Shown piece by piece: positions 51,101-63,373 of a DNA stretch of 64,000 bases. Within the stretch, counting starts at the first letter, position 1. Each line of letters begins with the position of its first letter. Under the pieces are notes generated by a model. The model was given only the letters and a program-made list of their open reading frames with translations. It searched no databases and was not told the DNA's origin. This DNA is from Tubulanus polymorphus (taxonomy: Eukaryota > Animalia > Nemertea), in assembly GCF_964204645.1 (NCBI RefSeq), contig NC_134029.1:15928950-15992949 (forward strand). Direction: 5' to 3'. Both the position numbers and the translations under genes were made by a program.

Positions 51101-51739
51101 TTTAATATGAATATTGGATTGATTAAATCTAAACCAAATTGTTTTATTCTAAGGCACACAGAAAAAGAAATAACTGAAGAAGTTAGAGATTTATTTGAAA
51201 TATATAACCCAACAGATTATGTTTATGATTTATCAACTGAAGATGGAACACTTAACTGTGGATTTCCATTAATAGTGGTCAATACGGACGTCTACATACT
51301 AAAAATCGAGACAAATGACATAACAAAAGACTTAAAAACATTAAAACATCATTTTGACTTTAGCAATTATCCAAAAGATCATGAATTATTTAGCAATGAT
51401 AATAAGAAAATTCCTGGTAAATTTAAAGACGAACTGGGGGGTGATGAAATGATTGAATTTGTTGGTATAAGAAGTAAAATGTATAGTTATAGAACAATAG
51501 ATCATGAGGCTAAAAAGTTAAAAGGAATAACAAAACATGTGGTTGAGAAACACATAGAATTTCAAGATTATAAAAAGTGTTTATATAACTCAATTGTAAT
51601 GAAACATAAAATGAATTGTTTAAGATCAGAAGATCACGAGATGAACATTAATGAAGTTGAAAAAACTAGTTTAAATCCGTTCGATGATAAAAGATATATT
51701 TTGGTTGATGGAATAAACACATTACCTTATGGCCATTAA
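48115..51739 (+). pseudogene. pPolB element 2, disrupted, containing an intein
   Basis: FVIYGDFES, RGAAHEDCNL, YIDANNLYGWAM, NNSFYGKT, YFD|intein|TDVY, KLKGI, PFDDKRY; multiple stops and frameshifts. Confidence 0.95.
50221..51283 (+). mobile_element. Intein (~354 aa) with LAGLIDADG homing endonuclease at the pol-c site; one frameshift
   Basis: Block A SVTADTPILL directly after YFD; block B VTEDHSL; FIKGFFMGDGS and FFIGFYAADG; blocks F/G YVYDLSTEDGTLNCGFPLIVVN then +1 Thr; absent from element 1 (YFDTDS). Confidence 0.95.
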
Positions 51740-52089
51740 AAAAGAAAATCAATATCATCATACTCGAAATCACTACTGGTGTCATCATTTTTATTTAATT
51801 GTTTAGGTTCTTCCATTTCATTTTTCTCATTTAAATAAAGTTCTATATTGTACCACATTTCATCCTGCTCTCTTTGTTTCCTTTTGTTCATTACTTCATC
51901 AAATGGAATTATAATATCGAAGTTTAAAAAATGTACAATCTTATTTAAAAAGAATTCATAATTAATTGTTTTTATTATATCTGTCTTAGTTATTTCACCA
52001 TTTTTATTTTCTATCATTTTCATTTTTTTCAAGCCATTGCTTATATTCTGGTGTATGATCTTCCGTAGAAAATATCTAAAAAATTTCAT
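51736..52089 (-). CDS. Hypothetical protein, 117 aa (element 2 accessory)
   Basis: ORF convergent with pPolB, with an acidic tail. Confidence 0.55.
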   Translation of the reverse strand: MKFFRYFLRKIIHQNISNGLKKMKMIENKNGEITKTDIIKTINYEFFLNKIVHFLNFDIIIPFDEVMNKRKQREQDEMWYNIELYLNEKNEMEEPKQLNKNDDTSSDFEYDDIDFLF

Positions 52090-52887
52090 ATAGATATTTT
52101 AATTTTGGTTCTATAAGAATATCTCTAGTTTTTTCATCACCCCATAAATTTCTTTGCCATCCGCATTCATTACAAAATATCACAGAATCTTCTTGTCTTA
52201 AGTACACATAAATACATTTTGGGCATTTTCTTCTATCATATCTTGGTAATAGATCGTCATTAAGATTTTGGTATTTTCTTACGTTTTCTTCATGTTTTAT
52301 TGTTTTATTATGTAGATTTGAATTACTTGTTGTAATAATCAATTTACAATATTTGCAATAATATGTTTTTCTTACTAATTCATTATTTTGTTTTTCCAAC
52401 CTTTCAAGTGTTTCTTGATTATCTGGTAACGTTTTCTGGTAATATTTTATGTTTTCTAATATATTATGTTTTCTTTCATTGAATTCCGCTTCAAATTTAT
52501 TAGAAATTTTATCTATATGTGCTTTACGAAATTGATGATTTTCCCAATCTTCTATATTTTCAGGGCTATATTTTATTCGAAAAGGCTCACAGAAATGATC
52601 TTTTATATTATTCTTGTCATAGAATAAGAAAGGTCTTTTCAAATAATTTCAGGTTCAACTTCAACAGAATTATTATTACTTTCGTCACTATCAACATTAA
52701 CCGTTGAGTCATTAATTGTACACTTCTCTGAATGTTTTTTAACATAATTTTTTTAGAATAATTTATTATAATTTGGGCAGTTTATTTTAGGAGGTTTATA
52801 ATTTTTATCATGTTTTTTCATATGTCGAGCCATAATACTTTTTCTTTGAAGTTCACCACAAATTTCACATCCTATATTCTCATTCAT
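52076..52887 (-). pseudogene. Multi-zinc-finger accessory protein(s), disrupted
   Basis: TAAATG near 52887; CEIC..RHMKKH, YCKYCK..HNKTIKH and CPKC..CNECG. Confidence 0.6.
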
Positions 52888-52955
52888 TTATTTAGGAAAA
52901 ATTTTATTAAAATTAATTTTTAATGGTTCGAGGTAATTTTTTTGCGTTATAAATA

Positions 52956-53706
52956 ATGGGTGAATTAAAAGAATATAGAATATTTGTTGATTCTAGAAAA
53001 CTTACAAATTATAAATCACATAATTTACTAGTACAAATCGATAGAGAATTTAAAAATTGTGTAGATTTAAAATTAGTAAATGTAAGTTTATGTAACTCTT
53101 TTTACAATATATCGAATAAAAGTCTTGATCATTTAGCTTTTTTAGTTCATGCTAGAAATTTGAATAAATGGTATCATCTATTTTTAAAACCTGGATTATA
53201 CAATTTAGAAACATTAGCGCAAGAAATAAATGAAAGAGCTCGTTAAAAAATGGGAGGTTCTGTTGGATTTGGAATTAAATTTTTAAAAAGTGATATCAAT
53301 AATAAAGTAAGAATTAAGTTAGCTAATGATGAACATCAATTTGTGGTTAAAAAAACCTATAGCTAAAGTGTTAGGAATTAACCCAGATGTAAGGATACGT
53401 AATGCCGAAGCTACACCAAACTTAATGCCTTTTACACACTTTTATATTTATTGCAATTTAATTGACCATGTAAAAACTTTCGAAGTAACTAAAGATACAA
53501 TTTGTAATTCTAGTATATTAGATATTTTACCATTAAAAAATGTTAAACAATTTGGAACGCAAATAACTTATAATTTAGCTGAATGTGATTTCAAACCTTG
53601 TATTCCAAAATTTAATAATTTTAAGTTAGAAATTAGAAATCATAATGGATACTTAATTGATTTGAATAGTTTTCCTGTAATTTATGAATTAGTTATAAGA
53701 TGTTGA
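52956..53706 (+). pseudogene. Minor capsid protein, element 2 (stop and frameshift)
   Basis: Homologous to 31185-31940. Confidence 0.85.
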
Positions 53707-53728
53707 GAGTAATTTTTTCATTATATAA

Positions 53729-55214
53729 ATGAATATAACTGTTGGACGGAGTATATGTTTTGGATTTGATTTTAAACGTGAGAAAGAAATGGAATTTGAT
53801 ATTAATGGTATAAAAAATTACTCATATAAAAAATAATGCATTTACTAATGAAACAACATTTGAATATGAAACAACAATTGATAAAGAAACTTTAAATGTA
53901 GAAAAGATTACTGATTTAATTAGAGAGTCTTTAAGATTTTATGAATTAGATGAAGATTTTATTATTAATTATATTAAAAAAATAATAACTGAAATATATG
54001 AAAATGAAACTAATAATATTATAAATGTTGAAATAATTTTAACTAAGTTAACTAAATATTTTGAAGATAGTAATTTTTTTCCTAAATAAATGGTGGATCA
54101 GAAGTGGATAATAACTGGTTTATATAATGGAGCATTATTATCAGTGGGAACTGTTGGTTATACAATGGTATTAAAAAAGTATTTAAAATGCGAAGTATTA
54201 ATGTTGATAAATTTGATATCAATGATATTTTAAAATTAACATTAGCAGTAACTTTATCTAAATTAACAATTTATTATTTAGAAAAACAAAAATATATTCC
54301 TCCTATATAAATACATAATTTTTTTACTAAATAAATGGCATCTGCGATTTTAACTATTATACGATCTGCAATTGTTAACGCTTTAGCATTTGCAGGTGGT
54401 GGTCATTTATATAAGCATAATGATAAAAATAGTTCATTAGCAGAACAAAGAAGACATAACTTAGCACTAGAGAAATACAATAAAGCTGCAGAAGAATACA
54501 GAGAAAAGAGACAAAATTACATGGATTACATTAATAAAGAATTATATAATCAGAAAATTACACATAGAGATGTTCAATCAGTCGATGAAGCTATGAGTTT
54601 ATACAACGAAGTAACAAATGAAGAAAATTACATCTATATAAACCTAAATTATCAGATTATTATACACCAAGTAGTGAACAACAAAAATATGAAATAATTT
54701 GGATTTTAGGTGGAACAGTTATTGTAGCTTACATTTGTTGCTTACAGATTTACTAATTAGTAATTTCTTTTCTAAATAAATGGATGATAAAGTTGATAAT
54801 ATTGATATTATTCCTCTTGATATAAATAAAACTAAATTAAAATTATATTTGGAAAAACAAATATTAGAATTTGAAAATGATTTAGAAATTAAAAAGAAAA
54901 AATATTTAAAAAGTAAAATTATATATTATTTTATTATTAGAAGTTCGGTTACAATTAGTTCTGTAATAACATTTCTAGCAATATTCTCACCATTAACACC
55001 TTTAGCTATCTCAATTGGAGCTTTAGGTTTACGTTCAAGTGTATTAACCGGCATAAATTCAAAAATAAATATAACAAGTTATAAAGAAAAAATTAAGGCT
55101 AATATAAAAGAAATTAATAAATTGAAAAATACATAAGATTATATAATAAGTTTAAATGGTAATATAACAGTTGAAGAACAAGATAAATTATTAAAAGAAT
55201 TAATAAATTATTAA
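53729..55214 (+). pseudogene. Four small genes homologous to 31957-33421, each disrupted
   Basis: TAAATG starts at 53729, 54090, 54335 and 54780; collinear with element 1. Confidence 0.85.
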
Positions 55215-55229
55215 TTTTTTTATTATATA

Positions 55230-56470
55230 AATTGTAGATACTTTTCCAAAAGCTTTTCAATATAATAAATCAATTAAACATAATATTCCAGCAATAGATT
55301 TTAATAAAGATATTTCATATAGAAATGAAGTTTTAAATTCATTAATTAATTTAGATATTTATGTGACTGAAACTAATAATTTTAATGCAAAGATGGAAAA
55401 TATATATAATTAATATCACTTATAAAAATCAAAACAAAATATTAGCAGAATCAACTTTGAGTAATTTAGAACCATCTAGAATTAAAAGAATAAGTAATAG
55501 TAATGAAATAGAAAATGTTACACAAGAAGAAATAAATCAAAATAAAAGAGTATTTAAACAAAGAATTAATGAATTATTTGAAATAATCAATAATAATTTA
55601 GAACCAGAAACAACTTCTGAACAGAATATAACTTCCAAAACTAGTAAACTTAAATCAAATAAAGTTCCAATTGAAAAATTTTACCGAATGGATTACTTGA
55701 CGCAACAGATCAAGAATTAGAAGAATTAGATATATTTTCTGATAAAGCAATTAGAGAAAGTATTAGTATAAGACTTGCATCTGATAAAATTGCGCAAGAT
55801 AAAAGAATAAGAGATTTAAAAATTAGAACTTTAGAAAAAGATAGAACTGATAAAATTAAAGAAATAGAACAATTAAAATTAAATAGAGATGATAAAGTTA
55901 TTGAATTTAAAAAAAGAAATGCATATTTAGAGATAGAAAAAGATGATTTAGAATATAACATAGAATTTCAGAAAGAAGAAATTAAATTATTGAAAAAAAT
56001 CATATGATTATAGTATTAATTAATAGATTAAAAGTTATTTTTAAAGATTTGTTGATAAAACCACATTCTGAAATATCATTAAAAGATAGAATAAGATTAT
56101 TATTTAAGTTAGAAGGTATAACAATTCTTTCAATTGTAACAGCTGTAACTATGTTATTTACAACAATTGGTTTAGCTATTTCAAATTCATTAAAATCTAC
56201 GCCTACACCCAATAAACCGGATAAACCTCCAAGTCATAATAATTCTATACAAGATAAAGTTAAAGATGGTTTAAAAAATTAGCAAAATATCTATGGGAAC
56301 TATCTAAAAAATCTGCTGCAGCTTTACCCGGAGTCATAGCATCAATTGTTGGTTTTGTACAAAAATCTGCTGGAAATATTCTTAGTTTTGCTGCTGAACA
56401 TATTATTTTAATTTTAATTACAATTGTTAGTGCTATTATTTTTGGGTTTGTGAATATGATAAAAAATAGA
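55230..56470 (+). pseudogene. Deletion-fused remnants of the 33438-type gene and the coiled-coil membrane protein
   Basis: Junction near 55400 joins ..atggaaaatatat to ..attaatatcacttataaaaatcaa. Confidence 0.75.
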
Positions 56471-56493
56471 TAATTAATTTTTTTGTTAAATAA

Positions 56494-57723
56494 ATGAGTG
56501 GGAGTTATATAGATCCTTCTAAGAATTCTAGAATATCTAATGCTATTAAAGCAGAGAGATCTCATCATATAATTACTCATAATCCTTCTAATATTAATCC
56601 TGATGAAACTTTATATGTTAGAATCCCGAGATTAAATCAAAATACTTTTTATGTTCGAAATAGTATTTATTTGTCAGCTGATATAAATGTAACTGGTAAT
56701 AATAATAATTATGTTGTAGATAATGTTGGGAGATATTTGATTAAAAAATTAACTATAAAGATTGGACCAGAAACAGTTTTTTCATTAGATGATTATAATT
56801 TATTTATGCATTATAAAGATTTATGGTTAACAAAAGAAAATAGAAATAATATGATATTTCAAGGCATCCAATCAGAAAACCATGATAAATTAAGATCAGA
56901 AGCTAATAATGCAATAATAACTAATGCTACAGATAATTTGATAAAAAAGATTTATGGAAGCAAATATAAAATTCCATTAGACTTTGAATTGATAAATAAT
57001 CATGCACCTTTATATAAATACGCAATTCAAGAAAATATTATATTCGAGATAACATTTGCTCCTGTAAATGAAATTGTGTTGTTGTCTAGCGTTGTTAAAG
57101 ATATGGGATATGAATTATCGAATATATATCTAGAATATGATACAGTAACTGATGAAAATATTTCAAGCATAATTCAAACTCAATACAATCAAGGATTTTC
57201 ATTATTATATGATTATATTGATAAATTTAAAACTGTAACTATTATTGCAAATGATGAAATAATTAATGAGAATATTAACTTCCCAAGAAGATCTATTAAA
57301 GGTATAATGATTTCTTTAACCATTGCAACATATTCTAATGGTGCAATAAATGTTGATAATTATTATAATCCTGAAATATCAAAGGTAGAAATAACTATTG
57401 AAGGTATAGTAAATAAATTATTTTGTCAAGGAATGAGAATGATAGATCAGTGGCCAGAAATTAGAAAACATTTTATGAATGAAAAAGTAAAATCATCTGA
57501 AAATCGTAATATTAATCAAATTGATTATTATACCGGCAATAAATATGCATTGTGGTTAGATTTAGAACAACAGAGGATAATTCATTACATGGTTCTGGGA
57601 AAAAATTACAGAACACTAAAGATGGAATACAATTATTCATGAAAAAGAAAAAAGGAGACAAAATTTTAAAATGCACATTTATATTATATCTGATGCGCAA
57701 TTAAATATTGTAAATTCTCAATA
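56494..57723 (+). pseudogene. Major capsid protein, element 2 (frameshift near the 3' end)
   Basis: 382-aa ORF highly similar to the element 1 MCP; tail HIYIISDAQLNIVNSQ in another frame. Confidence 0.85.
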
Positions 57724-57772
57724 GCATAATATTCAATATTAAAAATGTAAAGTTAAAATTAACGATATATAA

Positions 57773-57835
57773 ATGGGGGATAAAAAAACTCGAAATACTA
57801 AAGGACAATATTTAAGAAATTTATATTTTAACCCA
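57773..57835 (+). pseudogene. Integrase N-terminal stub
   Basis: TAAATG then MGDKKTRNTKGQYLRNLYFNP, matching KEQYLRELYYNP of the element 1 integrase. Confidence 0.6.
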
Positions 57836-58005
57836 CTAGCAATTAATGATTCCAGATGGTGCTTACATGTTAAATAGTATTCAAAATCAACATTATTATT
57901 AGTTGGAATACAATTAGAAACAACTGTATCTTTATTATCACTAATGCCCAAATCATCTAAGGTTTTTTCAATATCGGTATTATTCTTACTCGATTTCATT
58001 GACAT
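57836..58005 (-). pseudogene. Truncated homologue of the 40491-41100 gene
   Basis: KTLDDLGISDNKD..YYLTCKHHLESLIASG. Confidence 0.75.
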
Positions 58006-59100
58006 TTATATTAGAGAAAAAAGCAAGAAAAATATTATAAGTATTCTTCAAATGATATTAGTATCTCTTTGGGTAATACTAAATTGACTAGGTTAGTAAA
58101 AGTTAAAGAATTTTTATTCAAATCCATTCAAAATATAAAGTATTCTCTTTTTGAAAAGAAATATTAGATTTTGGAAAAAATATAATAGAAATAACTAGCT
58201 AGTTGAAGTTATTGTTTTTTAAATACTTTTTATCTAATATCTCACTACTATTGTTTATCTATTAGGAGAAGTAATTATAACTGTCCAGATAAGTCATTTC
58301 GGATTCTTGATAATAAATCCTCAAACTGAAAATAAATTCAAAGAAACGACTGGTGGAATTACTATTTCATAAACACATATATTTTACAATCATTATCGAT
58401 TTCCACATTCCAAGCCGCTCCTGAGAGGAGCGGTAAGGTATGCGCGGAATGCAGGAATCAATAAAGTATAATACAACATCTGTCACTGCGACATTAACAA
58501 CAGCTGAATGACGCAATTGAAATTCCGGCAAACGTAATGTATTGAAAGCCTATAAAGTATGGCTAAACTGCTACAGTCTCATGAGTTGAAATATCCATAA
58601 TTTCTGATTCCGCATCCTCCTATCTTCATTTTCTTGGTTCAAATAGCAATGGTCTTCTTGTTACGCGTAGCATTTTGTTATCTAAAAGATAAATATCTAG
58701 CGTAGAATAAAACTAACTTGAAGTTGTAGTTTTAAAATAAAATTAATAAACATGTTTAACGTTTCCCGGCGTCTTAATAACAACAAAAACAGTACTTACA
58801 TTTATAACTATAAACTCCTAATTGTGTTTCTAGTGAGAAATCCTAAGCGTTCTATATTCCACCTTTTCAGTTCGGCTGTTGTAATGCGTCTGCGCTCAAT
58901 ACATCTAGGTGCTTTTAACAACAAGCAACAGATGTTCTTTTATGATTAATCCTTTTCAACTGAAATAGCACGTTCGATCAATATTCAAATGAATATAAAA
59001 TGTGGCACAGATGTTAGTATAATTGCATATAGGCAGTTATAATGGATAACTATATACACACATACACGAGCGACTCGAGTAGAGTTCTTATTATAACCGC

Positions 59101-59753
59101 TTAAGATTCAACGTGTTTTTCATTCTGTGTTGAATTCCATAATTCAACAAATGTCTTTGCTTTATCCAGTTGATCTAAATATAATCTCATATCAAGTGTG
59201 TTCCCTTTCCTTATATTTTCCTTCTTTTCTAGAGGTCTTAAATTTCTCCAGCTCCAGATTAGTTTCTTATTATAATCATCACTCATGCAAATTTAGAAAT
59301 CAGCAACACGTGATCAATATGAAAGTATTCACCATAATTATCTATATTCATTTTATCGTCGAATTGATATATTATCCATGATTTGAGAAATTCATCTGTA
59401 CAACCCACCAAATTAGATAGTGTTTCTGAATGCGTTTCTTTGTTGAATAATTGTGTTAATCTAGACCTTAAACATTGTTTCATTTTAAAATTAAGATCTG
59501 TTTTATATCTTCCTCTCATATATACTGTCATATAATCATTATAATGTTCTCTATTATCTGCTCGATATTGCTTGGTATATAGTTTAATACAAGTTTTGCA
59601 GCAATATTGAAAACCATCGTTGCTAATCTTACGCTTACTAAATTCTGTTATAGCTAATTTATCTAATTCACATTTAGAACATTTCTTGTAGTATATATTT
59701 ATAACACCAATGTTATTTGTAATATTGATAGTTTGTGATTGTTCTGGCTCCAT
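59101..59753 (-). pseudogene. HNH endonuclease, frameshifted paralogue of 41385-42014
   Basis: FHIDHVLLISKF, frameshift, then NLRPLEKKENIRKGN. Confidence 0.88.
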
Positions 59754-59798
59754 TTATTATACATATATATTTTACTAAATTATATACTCATATTTTTA

Positions 59799-62700
59799 CT
59801 AAAATTTGATTAACACGCTAGAATCCTGTTCATTATTTCCTTCTCCAAAATGAGGTTGTAATATGTTATAGTAAAATTCATACATTAATAACTTTAATAT
59901 TTCTAAAACTGTAGCTCCAACATTAATTGGTTTATTAAATTTCATAGATGTTCTCCTCATTTTAACTGCAGCTAAATTTTCATCAAATATTCTGTTACCT
60001 ATGAACTTAGGATATGTTTGTAAATGTCTAATTCTTTTACCATTACTAACTATCTCAATATCATTTCTATTTCTAATATTTTCACAAGTCTTACCATAGA
60101 ATGCATTATTGATTAGTTTGAAGAAATCTTTCTCAAAATCAGTTTTAGCTTTAGTTCTCTGTTTGGTGTTAAAATCTATATATTTTTCTAACCATTTAGA
60201 TTGACTGAATGAAATATATCTATGTCCTTTTTTAGATCCATTCCTTGATTCAAACAAAACTTCAACATTCTATAATGTACTACATAATTATATTTATCTT
60301 CCTGGGTTACCATTAACTTTTCTGTATGAACATGATTTTCGGGTTTAATTCTTTTTCTATAATTTGATAATTCTTCATGCGTAGCTGTTTTATGTTCTGG
60401 ACAGTAAGCTAGATTTCTAGATTTAAATTTTTTATCTTCAGGATATTCCAAGTCTGCAACAAAAAAGTAACCAGTAATTGAATCATCTGCAATATCTAGA
60501 ATTCTTTTCTTCCAATCAAACTTATCATTATTTTTATGTTGTGAAACTTCACTTATTTCAAATACTCCATAAGGCTGTGGTTCCATCATTGCCCAGCCAT
60601 ATAGATTATTTGCATCTATATATAATAACTTATATCCAGGATTATCATTTACATTGAAATATCTATCACCTAATACACCCGAAACTCCTCCTCTTATAGA
60701 TTTTTCAAATAATAATAATTGATCTATATTTGTTGACAAATCCATTTTTATATCTGTAAATTTTAAACCACAATCCCAAGTTAATCCTGGACTAGAATAA
60801 CAATGGCAAGGATCAATATTAAATATTTTAGATTTACATCTCTAAACCTTTCGAATATATAAGTTGATAATAATACATCAGATTTTAAATATAAATCTAC
60901 TAATTGTCCATGATTTTTCATTCCAAAATGATTCCAAATATTCAATGTTCTATTATATACTTCATCTTTAACATATTTCATTTTTTAATTCATCATAGAA
61001 TTGTTCTTTTAATAATTCAGTTATATTGAAATCATTATGCGATTTATAAAATGAATATGGAATTGCGCCTTTATATCTCATTAATTGAAAATCATCATTA
61101 TTTGGGTAGTGTTGTTTTAATATCTTTAATCAATCATCAACTAATGATTTTGATAAATTATCTAATGAACTACCTAAAAATCTATATGAATCTATAAATC
61201 TTAGACACCCAAATTGGAATGATATATAATTCTCAGATGTTTTAGCTAACATTTTAAATTTATATGTTGGTATTTTATCTTTTGATCTATTTGAATTTAA
61301 TCTTTCTATTTCATTATTGATTTCTTCTATTTTATGACATAACTGTTTGATAAATAAATGTGCGTCGTACCCTGATAAATTATGAAATATTACTGGAACA
61401 AAGTTAATTTTCTTAGCTTGTAAGTAACAATTCTCATGTGCCGCGCCTCTAAACTTTCCATCCAAATGATCATGGTCTCTTACTTTTTATCTCTATAACT
61501 AAATAGTTTTTCACAATAATAACATTTATCAACAAACTCGAATTCTTCTTTATCTTCTTCTGTCATTATAATTTCTTTATTTGTATCTAATACTATACTA
61601 AATTTGATTTCATACTCAATTAATAGGTCACAAAAATGATTGATAACATTTTCATTTCTATAATTATAATATTCACTTTTAATTAGTTCTGGATAATCAG
61701 ATTTTATATATAACCCGAAAGCTGCAGCTGATTGATGAATCTTTTTAATAGTAATAGGGATCTGAATAATCAATTATATCATTTTTATTAGAATTTAATT
61801 TCTTTCTTTTATGATGTATTTCTTTTCTATCTTGATCAGTTAATTCTTTATTTAATGATTCAAAATCTCCATATATTACAAATAGTACTTTATTCTTGTA
61901 ATTATATTCTAATACTTTATCCTTTTCATTTGGTAAAACTATTTTACAATAATCATGATTTTCACATAATTGTTTATGATTTAATAATGCACTTTCGGTT
62001 CTGAATTTAATTATACATTTTCTACATAGATATATTTTATTATCAAAATCATTTTCTGATTTGAAAAATAAATCAATACGTTTTATCAACATATAATGAT
62101 TCTCATAATATAGTATATCTATAACATCATTTGAATCATAATCTTTTGATAAGTATAAAGGTAGGTTCTAATGTATAATGTTTAATATTATTGCCTTTTG
62201 TTTTTGGTAATTTGACTAAATAAAACACATTTATCTTTATATTATTATCTCTTTCTATTTTTGGGATATTTTTAATTCTAACTGGATAATTATCTATCTT
62301 ATAATTATTTTCAAATTGTTTATAATTTGTTACTCTACAAATGTTATCAGTTGCAAGATGTAAGCAACTAATAATTGTCCATAGAAAGCATTTATCATCA
62401 GAATTTTGTACATTTATAACATCATTAGTTTTAAATGGTAATTTGATATAACTTGATCCATTAATATTATTATCTTTATAATATGATAAATTATTTTCAT
62501 CAATTAGTTTTGATTTAGTTAACTTATTATATTTTGTGTTATAAACATGTAAAGTCATAAATATTATTTCAACAAATATTAAACCAGATCCTTCAAAATA
62601 TTTCTCTTCTATTTTCCTTTTTATTTCATTATAACATTTATCTAATTTATCATCTATATGTTGTTTTGAAATAATATGTTGTGAATGAGAATTTATATTA

Positions 62701-63310
62701 TATATTGCTTCATCTTCAGATTTTATAAACTTTACTTTAGAAGATATACTAATTTTAAGGTATTCAACATCTGTAATTATTTTTACAATATTTTTCATAT
62801 TTTCTAAATGTTTTTTATTTTCTTCTAATGTTTTTCCTTTATGAAATTTAAACTCAATAGCAGCTGGACCAATATCACTTTTAAATGCTTCAGTTATCTC
62901 TATTTCTTCTTTATTATCTAATGAATTAATATAATTTCTTACATCTTCAATGTATGGCCTTTTATTGTTTAATTTATTTTTTATTCTTTTAATTGTCTTC
63001 TGTTTCTTATCATTATCTTTATCAAAATAATCCTCACCTAAAATATTATTATTCATATTTCTAATATGACTTTTAGATTTTAAATGTTCTTTATAATATC
63101 TTTTATCACTGAATGATTGATTACATGTATCACATTTGTATGTTTCTTTTTCATTCTTTAATTCATCTAATTTAGTTTCAAATATATTATCTTTATATTT
63201 TAACTTTAATTTATTTTCTAAGTGAGATTTAGTTTTATTATGTCTTGCTTTTTGAGATTTATCTATATTGATTTTACATGTTTGACAGTAGTCTTCTTAT
63301 TTGGTTCTAT
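59799..63310 (-). pseudogene. pPolB element 3, frameshifted, with motif C to the C-terminus deleted
   Basis: Series of ORFs from the zinc fingers to KLINNAFYGKT..QPHFGE, then a jump to the gene's last codons; start codon mutated to ATA. Confidence 0.94.
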
Positions 63311-63373
63311 TTTGATAAATTTTTTATTAAAATTGATTTTAAAATAATACGTATTAGATACGTATTAGGTGAG

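Larger units (their letters stand above)
48115..58950 (+). mobile_element. Polinton element 2 (5'-truncated, internally deleted, intein-bearing)
   Basis: pPolB, penton, small genes and MCP collinear with element 1; ATPase absent and integrase reduced to a stub; boundaries approximate. Confidence 0.9.
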
